A program made the translations under genes and the position numbers. Under the pieces are notes generated by a model. It did no database searches, was not told the DNA's origin, and worked only from the letters and a program-made list of their open reading frames with translations. From assembly GCF_009734345.1 (NCBI RefSeq), contig NZ_CP032551.1, positions 1,080,001 to 1,112,000 of the forward strand: DNA of 32,000 nt, in the 5' to 3' direction. This document shows positions 1-8,409 of this stretch, piece by piece; positions within the stretch are counted from its first letter, which is position 1; each line of letters opens with the position of its first letter. This stretch comes from Pseudidiomarina andamanensis. GTDB taxonomy: Bacteria; Pseudomonadota; Gammaproteobacteria; Enterobacterales; Alteromonadaceae.

Positions 1-564
1 AACAGCGTACAGTTCTTGCGTCGCTTCTCCTGCGGTACCAATTACCCAAACCTGTCTGTCTTGCAACTGTCGTAAGGTTCGCGCCAAGTTCGTCACTTGC
101 ACAAACGGCACAGTCTCAGCTGCACCACTTGCGACTTTTCGCACAACTGGTGTAATCGAAGCGGATTTGTCTTTCGGAACAATCACAGCGGTCACGCCAG
201 AAGCGTCTGCGGTACGCAAGCATGCGCCGAGGTTATGCGGGTCCGTCACGCCATCTAGCACCAAGAAAAGGGCTTTACCGCCAGCTTTCTCACACAAACT
301 ATCCAAATCATTTTCGGTCATTTGTGGTGCTTCTAATGCCGTAATTGCGATGCCTTGGTGATTGCCACCTTCAGATTTCTTATCGAGCGTCGCTTTCGGT
401 ACAAATTGAACCCGCAACCCTAATCGCTGAGCTTGACTGACTAAAAGCTGCAGCGGTTTATCCTGACGCTCGCGGGTTGCAAACACTTCAACCAAACGCT
501 CCGGATGTTGCTCTAACAAAGCGCGCACCGAATGCATACCAAATATAGTGACTTTCTTACTCAT
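1..564 (-). CDS. rlmB: 23S rRNA (guanosine-2'-O)-methyltransferase RlmB, N-terminal 188 codons; the 3' end lies beyond the left window edge
   Basis: My reverse-strand translation from ATG (562-564) reads MSKKVTIFGMHSVRALLEQHPERL...LVLDGVTDPHNLGACLRTADASGVTAVIVPKD...VTNLARTLRQLQ. This contains the SpoU/TrmH motif LDGVTDPHNLGA and is close to E. coli RlmB. It sits 13 nt downstream of rnr, as in E. coli. It is missing from the ORF track because it is truncated by the window edge. Confidence 0.9.
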   Translation of the reverse strand, partial: MSKKVTIFGMHSVRALLEQHPERLVEVFATRERQDKPLQLLVSQAQRLGLRVQFVPKATLDKKSEGGNHQGIAITALEAPQMTENDLDSLCEKAGGKALFLVLDGVTDPHNLGACLRTADASGVTAVIVPKDKSASITPVVRKVASGAAETVPFVQVTNLARTLRQLQDRQVWVIGTAGEATQELYAV

Positions 565-577
565 GATAATTATTAAC

Positions 578-2935
578 TCACTTTCTTACTTTTTTGTTTT
601 TCGGCTTTTTGCCTTTGCGCGCAGCTTCCGTCGCTTTTCGCTTCGATTTAATTCGCGCTTTGGTCGCTTGTTTTTTGTGCTTCTTACTATTGGCAGGCGG
701 CTTATTGCGCTCTCCACGGGTGCTCGGGCGATGCCCTTCTGGCATACGATTTTTACCCATTGGGCTTTCCGCCGCCAACAAATCTAAATCGATTTTACGT
801 TCGTCCAAATCGACCGATTTCACACGGATGCGGACTTTATCACCTAATCGATAGACAATTCGACTATTTTCACCAATCAGCATCTGCTTTTCGCCATCAA
901 ACTGATAATAGTCGTTGGAAAGATTACTAATGTGCACCAAACCATCAATTTGCATGTCATCAATGCGTACAAATAGCCCAAAATTAGTCACTGCGGCAAT
1001 CACGCCACCAAACTCTGAACCAATGTGATCTTGCATATATTCACACTTGAGCCATTCATCGACTTGACGCGTTGCATCATCGGCTCGACGTTCTGTCATT
1101 GAACAGTGCGCACCAAGTTCATCAAGTTGTTCATCTGGATACATCCATGCGCCTTCGAGCGCTGGCGTTGGCCCTTGTTGCTTCTTCAACAAGGCTTTAA
1201 TTGCGCGATGTAAAATCAAATCAGGATAACGACGAATCGGCGAGGTGAAATGCGCATACTCGTCTAGCGCTAAACCAAAATGCCCAGCATTGTCTGGACT
1301 ATAAACAGCTTGCTGCATTGAGCGCAGTAACATCGTTTGAATAAGCTCGGCATCGGGACGCTCTGCAACTTGTTGCAGCACTTCGGTATAGTCGCGCGGG
1401 CTAGGGTCATCTGACCCTTTCATGATAATTCCTAGTTCAGCTAAAAAGCTCCGAAATGCACTTAATCGCTCAGTTGATGGTGGCTCATGTACTCGAAACA
1501 GCGCACCGGCCTCTTCATGGCCTTCAATCAGTCGAGCAGTGGCAACGTTCGCCATGATCATACATTCTTCGATAATTGTATGAGCAACATTTCGACGCAC
1601 GGGCTCTATCGACTCTATTTTCCGTTGGGCATTGAAAATAAAACGCGTTTCTAATGTTTCAAATTCTATCGCTGCTCGTTGTTGACGCGCTTTTTTAAGT
1701 ACCTTAAACAAGCCGTGCAAATGCTCAATATTACTCATTACGTGGTCATACTCAGCACGCAGCTTCGGATCACCCTCCAAAATGGATGCAACCTTGGTAT
1801 ACGTGAGTCGAGCATGTGATTTCATTACAGCCGGATAAAACTTGGATTTTTGTAGCTTACCACGCCCGTTGATCTCCATCTCGGCCACCATACATAACCG
1901 ATCAACATCAGGGTTCAATGAACACAAGCCATTGGAGAGTTTTTCTGGCAGCATCGGCACCACAAAGTTCGGGAAATAAACCGAGTTGCCGCGCTCTAAA
2001 GCGTCTTTATCTAACGCAGTGTTCGGTCGCACGTAATAGCTGACATCCGCAATAGCCACCCATAAGCGCCAGCCGTCACCAACAGGTTCAGCGCAGACTG
2101 CATCATCAAAATCACGAGAATCATCACCGTCTATCGTAATTAACGGCAATTCCCGTAAATCGACTCGTCCTTCATAAGCTTCCGGCGGAACCGTCTCGCC
2201 AAAGCGAGCTAGCTCTTGTTCAACGCCAGTTGACCAAGAATTGGGAATATCATGTTCACGAATGGCAATTTCAATTTCCATACCCGGCGCCATATGCTCA
2301 CCGAGTACTTTCGTGATAGTACCCAGCGGGCTGCTGCGGCGCGTAGGTCGTTGGGTAATTTCCACAACCACAATTTGACCATGTCGAGCCCCAGCATTTT
2401 GTCCTTCGGGAATCAGAATATCTTGACTAACACGGCTATCATCTGGCACGACCATGCCAATGTTATGTTCGACAAAGTAGCGCCCAACAATGTCACCCTG
2501 ACGTGGTTCGATAACTCGCACTACGCGGCCTTCTACTCGACCTTTGCTGTCCGTGCCTTGCTGCTGCACTAGCACTTTATCGCCGTGCAAAACGTTGTAC
2601 ATTTGATGATGAGGAATGAACAAATCAGCCCCACCCTCATCAGGACGACAAAACGCAAAGCCGTCACGGTGGCCAATAATTCGTCCTTTAATTAAATTCA
2701 TTCGATCAGGCAAACCATAAGCATTCGCTTTGGTATAAATCAACTGACCATCTCTCTCCATTGCGCGCAACCGACGTTTCAAACCAACGTGTTGACGTTC
2801 GTCACTGAGCTGAAATTGTTCGACAAGCTCTTCAAAGCGCATGGGTTTGAGGCGAGCTTTTACGGCTTCTAGCAGTTGCTCACGCGAGGGAATTTCTACT
2901 TCGTATTCGGGGGTATCGTTTTCTTTAAGTGTCAT
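578..2935 (-). CDS. rnr: Ribonuclease R (3'-5' exoribonuclease, RNB family) with a lysine-rich C-terminal tail
   Basis: 785-aa ORF with an RNB catalytic region (ITIDGDDSRDFDDAV), an S1 domain (FGGVIAAVTNFGLFVRI) and a basic K/R tail. The rnr-rlmB order matches enterobacteria. Confidence 0.95.
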   Translation of the reverse strand: MTLKENDTPEYEVEIPSREQLLEAVKARLKPMRFEELVEQFQLSDERQHVGLKRRLRAMERDGQLIYTKANAYGLPDRMNLIKGRIIGHRDGFAFCRPDEGGADLFIPHHQMYNVLHGDKVLVQQQGTDSKGRVEGRVVRVIEPRQGDIVGRYFVEHNIGMVVPDDSRVSQDILIPEGQNAGARHGQIVVVEITQRPTRRSSPLGTITKVLGEHMAPGMEIEIAIREHDIPNSWSTGVEQELARFGETVPPEAYEGRVDLRELPLITIDGDDSRDFDDAVCAEPVGDGWRLWVAIADVSYYVRPNTALDKDALERGNSVYFPNFVVPMLPEKLSNGLCSLNPDVDRLCMVAEMEINGRGKLQKSKFYPAVMKSHARLTYTKVASILEGDPKLRAEYDHVMSNIEHLHGLFKVLKKARQQRAAIEFETLETRFIFNAQRKIESIEPVRRNVAHTIIEECMIMANVATARLIEGHEEAGALFRVHEPPSTERLSAFRSFLAELGIIMKGSDDPSPRDYTEVLQQVAERPDAELIQTMLLRSMQQAVYSPDNAGHFGLALDEYAHFTSPIRRYPDLILHRAIKALLKKQQGPTPALEGAWMYPDEQLDELGAHCSMTERRADDATRQVDEWLKCEYMQDHIGSEFGGVIAAVTNFGLFVRIDDMQIDGLVHISNLSNDYYQFDGEKQMLIGENSRIVYRLGDKVRIRVKSVDLDERKIDLDLLAAESPMGKNRMPEGHRPSTRGERNKPPANSKKHKKQATKARIKSKRKATEAARKGKKPKNKKVRK

Positions 2936-2992
2936 AGTTTCTCAAATTGGCAATGCGTTTTTGCATTGAAAGAATAACCTAAGCATAACAGG

Positions 2993-3072
2993 TTATTCGT
3001 TATTCGTTATTCGTTATTCGTTATTCGTTATTCGTTATTCGTTATTCGTTATTCGTTATTCGTTATTCGTTA
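2993..3072. repeat. Perfect tandem heptanucleotide repeat (TTATTCG), 11 full units plus a partial TTA
   Basis: I counted the units directly: 2993-2999, 3000-3006, and so on to 3063-3069, then TTA. There are no variant units. The array lies in the rnr upstream region, 58 nt from the rnr start codon. Confidence 0.97.
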
Positions 3073-3148
3073 AAGATAAGACCAAAGCCGAAGAACGCAA
3101 GTTCCTTGTAGCAAAAGAAATTCCGAAATTGAATGTGTTTGGGTTTAT

Positions 3149-3237
3149 CGAATAGCGAAGCGGACGAACAGCAAAGCGCACGAATAACGAAACACGTTTT
3201 TGCTTTTGTCTTTGCGAATAACCAGTAACGAATAACG
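3149..3237. repeat. Inverted-orientation copies of the heptamer unit (CGAATAAC and degenerate relatives), including a 3-unit mini-array
   Basis: CGAATAGCG at 3149-3157 (degenerate), CGAATAACG at 3181-3189, and CGAATAAC-CAGTAAC-GAATAAC-G at 3215-3237. All are reverse complements of the array unit. A further inverted copy, GAATAACCT (2972-2980), pairs with AGGTTATTC (2990-2998) at the left end of the array. Confidence 0.85.
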
Positions 3238-3248
3238 TCTTTAAGAAG

Positions 3249-3335
3249 TGGTGCCTAGGGTCGGACTCGAACCGACACGGGTTTTATCCCGGCGGATTTT
3301 GAATCCGCTGCGTCTACCAATTTCGCCACCCAGGC
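3249..3335 (-). tRNA. tRNA-Leu, anticodon CAA, class II (long variable arm), encoded CCA end
   Basis: The reverse strand reads GCCTGGGTGGCGAAATTGGTAGACGCAGCGGATTCAAAATCCGCCGGGATAAAACCCGTGTCGGTTCGAGTCCGACCCTAGGCACCA. It has a 7-bp acceptor stem (one G-U), anticodon stem GCGGA/TCCGC with loop TTCAAAA (anticodon CAA), a long variable arm, and T-loop GGTTCGAGTCC. Confidence 0.95.
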
Positions 3336-3380
3336 ACTGGGGACTTTTGCGCTAGCTTGGCTAGCTGCAGTATGGTGCGC

Positions 3381-3408
3381 ATTATACTGAACCATTGCAG
3401 TCAATCAA
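3381..3408 (-). promoter_or_regulatory. Putative sigma70 promoter for tRNA-Leu: -35 TTGATT, 16-nt spacer, -10 TATAAT, GC-rich discriminator
   Basis: The reverse strand reads TTGATT (3408-3403), a 16-nt spacer, then TATAAT (3386-3381), followed by GCGCACC. This is the GC-rich discriminator typical of stringently controlled stable-RNA promoters. An A/T-rich stretch lies upstream, and the -10 is about 45 nt upstream of the mature tRNA 5' end. Confidence 0.6.
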
Positions 3409-3534
3409 GACATTTTAATGAACATTTGTCTGTTCGATTATTTCATAACCACATTCATTTAAAAATTAGTGTTCACGAGTGAGTTTTGGTTAAGATAGCT
3501 CCCATTAGACGACTTGAGAGACCGACAAATAGCC

Positions 3535-4077
3535 ATGACCGAAAAATCTGAAGATTTCAACCAAGCGCCGCCTCGAACGACTGCGCAAATTCATTCGAGC
3601 TTCCCAAGTGCTGGATTCCTCCGACGCCTAGCTGCCATGGTTTATGACTTATTAGTAGCAGTCGCAATTTTGATGTTGGCATCAGGTATTGCGATGTTAT
3701 TGCCAGCTATTTTGAACAGAGTCGGCACGATTGAGCTAACCGAATCGTTTACCGCCGCCGACTGGCTAAATCAAACGCCGCTGTACGGGATTTATCTATT
3801 AACCGTTTTGGGTTTATTTTTCGGCTGGTTCTGGTGGCGTAGCGGGCAAACTATTGGCATGCGCGCTTGGCGGTTGAAGGTTCAACAACGTAATGGACAA
3901 CGATTAACCAAGAAGCAAGCGGCTATCCGTGTTTTGACTTGCGCTTTGGGGCTTGGGAACTTATGGGTGTTAGTCGATTTTAAAAACCGCCGAGCCTGGC
4001 ACGATTACGCCGCCGGCACTGAGCTAGTCACCTTATCAAAAGAAGCTAACCAGCTGTATTATTGGAAAGAGTTATAA
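3535..4077 (+). CDS. RDD-family integral membrane protein
   Basis: The ORF contains the RRLAAMVYDLLV motif, hydrophobic helices, GQTIGMRAWRLKV and a C-terminal WHDYAAGTELV, which is the RDD-domain layout. I prefer ATG at 3535 over the upstream TTG at 3514 used by the ORF track, but the start is uncertain. Confidence 0.8.
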   Translation: MTEKSEDFNQAPPRTTAQIHSSFPSAGFLRRLAAMVYDLLVAVAILMLASGIAMLLPAILNRVGTIELTESFTAADWLNQTPLYGIYLLTVLGLFFGWFWWRSGQTIGMRAWRLKVQQRNGQRLTKKQAAIRVLTCALGLGNLWVLVDFKNRRAWHDYAAGTELVTLSKEANQLYYWKEL

Positions 4078-4117
4078 GAGTAATCTGTTGCTACGAATGA
4101 AACCCAGAAAGCCGCGC

Positions 4118-5188
4118 TTAACTGCCGCGGCGTCCCATCATCCACAGAGCCCATGTTGCGAACAACAAACTTGGTAACAGTGCGCCTAATACAGGCGGAA
4201 GTTGATAAACCTGTGCCATTGGGCCAAATATTTCGTTGCTAACGTGAAAGCCAAACCCTGTGATGACGCCAAGTAAAACTCGAGCCCCCATCGTCGTGGA
4301 GCGCAACGGCCCAAAAATAAATGACAGGGCCACAAGCAACATCACAGCCACCGTTATCGGCGCTAATAGTTTTCGCCAAAGCGCTAATTCATAACGATCG
4401 GCAGCTTGTCGATTGGTCTCTAAATAGTCTAAGTAGTCTAATAACCCTCGAATAGAGAGCGACTCTGGCTTCACCGTAACCACGCCAAGTTTGTCTGGTG
4501 TGAGTGACGATTGCCACATGAATGCTTCTTGCTCTGACTGTATAATTCGCTCAAGCGTATACTGAGTTTTTGTGACATCAAAAAGACGCCATTGGTCCGC
4601 ACTATAAATCGCTGACTGCCCTTGGGTAATTGACTCCAGTTCGCTGTTTTGATCGAAGTTATAAATGGTGACGTCACGAAGTCTTCCTGTATTCTCAACT
4701 TCACCTATGTTGACAAAGCTAAGCCCATCTCGCGCCCAAATACCCTGCTGGGCGGAAATTAGGCTACCGCCAGAAATGGCACGAGCGCGAAGTTCGCGAC
4801 CATGTGATTCCAGCTCAGGTGCAATCCACTCCCCCATTGCCATCACGGCTAGCATCATAACTACAGCTGCCTTCATAACAGAACCGACAATATTCAAGCG
4901 CGAGCGTCCAGCAGCGAGCATCACGACCAATTCAGAGTTGCTGGCCAGCATGCCCATGCCAATAAGCCCACCTAAAAGCGCTGCCATCGGAAAAAATACT
5001 TCGATATCGCGGGGCAAACTGTAAAGTACAAACAAACCGGCGTCAGCTACTGAATATGTGCCTTTACCCACCGATTTTAATTGCTCCACGAACCTTATTA
5101 GGCTCGATAATCCGCTAAGCACCGCTAAGCTGAGTAACGATGTGACAAGAACCGAGCGCGCAATATATCGATCAAGAATAGAAAACAT
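4118..5188 (-). CDS. lptG: LPS export ABC transporter permease LptG
   Basis: 356-aa polytopic membrane protein starting MFSILDRYIARSV, YjgP/YjgQ family. It is immediately downstream of lptF with a 1-nt TAATG stop/start overlap. Confidence 0.92.
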   Translation of the reverse strand: MFSILDRYIARSVLVTSLLSLAVLSGLSSLIRFVEQLKSVGKGTYSVADAGLFVLYSLPRDIEVFFPMAALLGGLIGMGMLASNSELVVMLAAGRSRLNIVGSVMKAAVVMMLAVMAMGEWIAPELESHGRELRARAISGGSLISAQQGIWARDGLSFVNIGEVENTGRLRDVTIYNFDQNSELESITQGQSAIYSADQWRLFDVTKTQYTLERIIQSEQEAFMWQSSLTPDKLGVVTVKPESLSIRGLLDYLDYLETNRQAADRYELALWRKLLAPITVAVMLLVALSFIFGPLRSTTMGARVLLGVITGFGFHVSNEIFGPMAQVYQLPPVLGALLPSLLFATWALWMMGRRGS

Positions 5189-6294
5189 TATCGTGACCTC
5201 TTCAGCTTAGCCATTGCTTTTAGCCCCCAAGGCCGCCCTTTACCAATCAACACGAATCCACATACGAGCAACAATATATGTATCCACCACAAACCGATGG
5301 CTGGCGGAATAACGCCATCAGCAAGCGCTGAGCGCGCTGCCATCAACGTTAAAAAATAGCCCAGATATATCAATAAAGCGGGAGCCATTCGGGCAAATTT
5401 ACCTTGCCGCGGATTCACCCGACTCAACGGAACGGCAATTAACGTCAATAATGGCATCGCCAACGGAATTGCAATTCGCCATTGCAGTTCAGCCTGAGCC
5501 TCTGCATCTCGCTCTTGCATCAATTCTAAGGTGCTATAGGCTTCTAATTTACGAATATATTCTGAGCCTTCCTGCTCCTTAATTTGCAGTTGATAGGCGT
5601 CAAACTGCATGATTTGAAATTCGCCTTCAATAAAGCTTTGTGCATACCGCATGCCGTTATTTAGCACCAAAGTCTGTGCCCCAGTTTCCGCGGCTATAAC
5701 ACTGCCGCGGTCAGCCATGACGACACTTCCACCGATGACTTGGTCATTCTCGTCACGCAATGATTGCGCCACAAATACTTCATCAAGATCGCCGTTTTCA
5801 TTCAGCCCTTGCACATAAATGACTGCTTTTTGGTTACTTGCTTGTTGAAAACGACCCGGCATGATGACACTCAGCCCGCTCTCGCTTCGGGCCTTTTCTT
5901 CCACTACACGCTCTTGTTCTAACGACCACGGCACAAGATATAGGGTCAGTGCTGCCGTGATAATAGCTAGAACAACCGATAATGCGAGTGTTACACGTGT
6001 GACATACCACTCACTGACACCACAAGCATGCAAAACCGTCATTTCGTTGTCGGCATAGATACGCCCGTGAGCTAACAAAATACCGAGAAACAGGCTTAGA
6101 GGAAGGATTAATGCAGCCAGCGCCGGAAGATTTAACCCAAGTAGTTGAATAACAATGTTGCTTGGAATTTCACCCGCTGATGCGTCAGCCAATACGCGAA
6201 CAAACTTCTGACTCACAAATATCGTCATCAACACCACCAATACGGCGATTTGAGACTTGAATGTTTCACGTATTAAATAGCGAAATATGCGCAC
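5188..6294 (-). CDS. lptF: LPS export ABC transporter permease LptF (GTG start)
   Basis: 368 aa starting (M)RIFRYLIRETFKSQIAVLVVL, compared with E. coli LptF MIIIRYLVRETLKSQ. It is divergent from pepA, as in E. coli. Confidence 0.92.
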   Translation of the reverse strand: MRIFRYLIRETFKSQIAVLVVLMTIFVSQKFVRVLADASAGEIPSNIVIQLLGLNLPALAALILPLSLFLGILLAHGRIYADNEMTVLHACGVSEWYVTRVTLALSVVLAIITAALTLYLVPWSLEQERVVEEKARSESGLSVIMPGRFQQASNQKAVIYVQGLNENGDLDEVFVAQSLRDENDQVIGGSVVMADRGSVIAAETGAQTLVLNNGMRYAQSFIEGEFQIMQFDAYQLQIKEQEGSEYIRKLEAYSTLELMQERDAEAQAELQWRIAIPLAMPLLTLIAVPLSRVNPRQGKFARMAPALLIYLGYFLTLMAARSALADGVIPPAIGLWWIHILLLVCGFVLIGKGRPWGLKAMAKLKRSR

Positions 6295-6417
6295 TGAAAC
6301 CCACTCTTAACATTGCTTTTTACTGGAAATGCTGCGAATTTTAAGTAAACTTGTCATTTTCACAAGAATTATTCTACGACAGCGATCTACTGTCAACCGC
6401 AGCAAACGGGAGCACAT

Positions 6418-7923
6418 ATGGAGTTCAGCGTAAAAAGCGGCAGTCCTGAGAAACAACGTTCTGCCTGTGTCGTGGTCGGTGTATACGAACCACGTCGCCT
6501 ATCCGGTGTAGCAGAGCAGCTTGACAAAGTCAGCGGTGGTTACCTGAGTAACTTATTGCGCCGCGGCGATCTCGAAGGCAAATCAGGCCAAATGCTACTG
6601 TTACACAACGTTCCTAATATTTTTAGCGAGCGCGTATTGCTCGTTGGTTGTGGTAAGGAACGCGAGCTCGATGAACGTCAGTATAAACAAATTATAGAAA
6701 AAACCATCCATACTTTGAACGAAACGGGTTCAATGGAGGCAGTTTGTTTTCTGAGCGAGCTCCACGTAAAAGGTCGTGATACTTATTGGAAAGTTCGCCA
6801 AGCCGTTGAAGCAGCACAAAGTGGTTTGTATACGTTCAATCAGTTGAAAACCCGCAAAGAAGAGCCTCGCCGCCCTCTGCGTAAGTTAGTTTTCAATGTT
6901 CCTACACGTCGCGAGCTTCCACTCAGCGAAAAAGCCATTGCGCATGGTTTAGCAGTTGCTAAAGGAATGTCTATTTGTCGTGACGTGGCCAATATGCCAC
7001 CAAACATTTGCACTCCGCGTTATTTGGCAGAGCGCTGCGAAGAACTCGCTGGTAACTACGATAACTTATCGTTTAATGCGGTTACCGAACAAGAAATGAC
7101 TGAGCTCGGTATGAATGCCTACCTTGCTGTAGGTCGCGGTTCTGAGAATGAATCGGTCTTAAGTCTATTGCATTATCAAGGTGCGGCAAAAGAGCAGGCG
7201 CCAATTGTGCTTGTGGGTAAAGGGTTAACCTTTGATGCTGGCGGTATTTCCATTAAGCCCGCGGCCAACATGGACGAAATGAAATACGATATGGGTGGTG
7301 CAGCGGCAGTTTTAGGTGCCATGCAAGCCATTGCGGAGCTACAGCTACCAATCAATGTAATTGCTGCCATTGCAGGCTGTGAAAACATGCCTGATGGTCG
7401 TGCTTATCGTCCAGGTGATGTGCTGACGACCATGAGCGGTCAAACGGTTGAAGTGTTAAACACCGACGCTGAAGGTCGCCTCGTGTTATGTGATACGCTG
7501 ACTTACGTTGAGCGTTTTGAACCAGAGGCTGTTGTTGATATCGCTACCTTGACCGGTGCCTGTATTGTTGCGCTTGGGCATCATGCAAGCGGCTTAATGA
7601 GTAGTCATAATCCGCTTGCTCACGAGCTGTTATCCGCATCGGAACAAAGTGGCGACCGTGCCTGGCGTTTACCATTATGGGACGAATATCAAGAAGCTCT
7701 CGATAGCCCGTTTGCTGATATGGCGAACCTCGGTGGACGCGATGCTGGTACCATTACCGCAGCGTGCTTCCTATCTCGTTTCACCAAAAAATATCATTGG
7801 GCTCATCTCGACATCGCTGGTACAGCATGGCGCAGTGGCGCCAAAAAAGGCGCGACCGGCCGACCTGTCGCTCTGTTGACACAATTCATCATTAACCGCA
7901 CCGCCTCTGGCGAGCAGGATTAA
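6418..7923 (+). CDS. pepA: Leucyl aminopeptidase PepA (M17 family)
   Basis: 501 aa starting [28 protein letters not shown], nearly identical to the E. coli PepA N-terminus. It has the M17 signature [12 protein letters not shown], and a GGGAG Shine-Dalgarno sits 5 nt upstream. Confidence 0.97.
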   Translation: MEFSVKSGSPEKQRSACVVVGVYEPRRLSGVAEQLDKVSGGYLSNLLRRGDLEGKSGQMLLLHNVPNIFSERVLLVGCGKERELDERQYKQIIEKTIHTLNETGSMEAVCFLSELHVKGRDTYWKVRQAVEAAQSGLYTFNQLKTRKEEPRRPLRKLVFNVPTRRELPLSEKAIAHGLAVAKGMSICRDVANMPPNICTPRYLAERCEELAGNYDNLSFNAVTEQEMTELGMNAYLAVGRGSENESVLSLLHYQGAAKEQAPIVLVGKGLTFDAGGISIKPAANMDEMKYDMGGAAAVLGAMQAIAELQLPINVIAAIAGCENMPDGRAYRPGDVLTTMSGQTVEVLNTDAEGRLVLCDTLTYVERFEPEAVVDIATLTGACIVALGHHASGLMSSHNPLAHELLSASEQSGDRAWRLPLWDEYQEALDSPFADMANLGGRDAGTITAACFLSRFTKKYHWAHLDIAGTAWRSGAKKGATGRPVALLTQFIINRTASGEQD

Positions 7924-7935
7924 GCTGAGCACATT

Positions 7936-8391
7936 ATGGCGCAGGGCATATTCTACGTACTCGATGGACTCAACGAAGAACAACAACAGCAGTTCTTCTG
8001 TGAGCGTATAGCACAAGCATGGCGTGAGTTTCGCAGTGTGCGCGTGTGGTGCCCTGACCAAGCGACTGCTGAGCAGTTAGATGAAGCATTATGGCAATCG
8101 CCTGCTGATGCCTTTGTGCCGCATAACCTAGTCGGCGAGGGTCCTGCGCAAGGTGCGCCAGTTGAGTTATGCTGGCCTCAGGCTAACGTTCCAAAACGGC
8201 GCACTGCTGCAGTCGTTAATTTGATGGCTGACATACCAAATTGGCAAGGCGCACGGCTTATTTTAGAACGTGTTCCTTCCGCAGAAAATGAACGTCAAGC
8301 GGCACGAGAAAGATACAAGACTTATCGTCATCAAGGTGTTGAATTACAAACCGTAAAAGCATCTGAGCAGATAAATTCATCAACCAAATAG
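7936..8391 (+). CDS. holC: DNA polymerase III chi subunit
   Basis: 151 aa with LDEALWQSPADAFVPHNLVGEGPAQGAPVEL, matching the E. coli HolC core. The pepA-holC-valS order is conserved. Confidence 0.9.
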   Translation: MAQGIFYVLDGLNEEQQQQFFCERIAQAWREFRSVRVWCPDQATAEQLDEALWQSPADAFVPHNLVGEGPAQGAPVELCWPQANVPKRRTAAVVNLMADIPNWQGARLILERVPSAENERQAARERYKTYRHQGVELQTVKASEQINSSTK

Positions 8392-8409
8392 AACGAAGTG
8401 AAGGTTTCT

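Noticed and set aside
548-854. Two + strand ORFs (548-787 and 594-854) encoding F/L/R-rich peptides
   Set aside because: They are antisense shadows of the lysine-rich (AAG/AAA-rich) C-terminal tail of rnr. Their composition is low-complexity and they have no plausible ribosome-binding site.
2252-2572. Antisense or shadow ORFs of 100-120 aa inside large genes (for example 2252-2572, 4665-5024, 23107-23430, 24110-24436, 29487-29810)
   Set aside because: Each lies wholly inside a strongly supported conserved CDS on the opposite strand. They have odd amino-acid composition and show no family resemblance.
2993-3072. The tandem repeat considered as a CRISPR array, or as a coding repeat ((LFVIRYS)n on the + strand)
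   Set aside because: The 7-bp units are contiguous with no spacers, so this is not a CRISPR array. The + strand frame is open only across the array itself and has no start codon or flanking ORF. The minus strand has TAA in every frame.
3141-3157. GGGTTTATCGAATAGC as a possible T-arm remnant of a second or decayed tRNA
   Set aside because: It only loosely resembles GGTTCGAATCC, and no acceptor or anticodon stem can be built around it.
2936-3535. tRNA-Leu as an integration site for a genomic island
   Set aside because: There is no integrase, no direct repeat of the tRNA 3' end, and no foreign genes. The tRNA is flanked directly by core genes (rnr and the RDD protein gene).
4111-4131. GC hairpin GCCGCG-N9-CGCGGC between the RDD gene and lptG as a terminator
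   Set aside because: The stem is only 6 bp, it overlaps the lptG stop and last codons, and neither strand has a U-tract. This is too weak to call.
8398-8409. GTG at 8398 as the valS start (ORF-track start)
   Set aside because: ATG at 8410 has a GAAGG Shine-Dalgarno at the correct spacing and aligns with the E. coli ValRS N-terminus. The 4 extra codons are unsupported.
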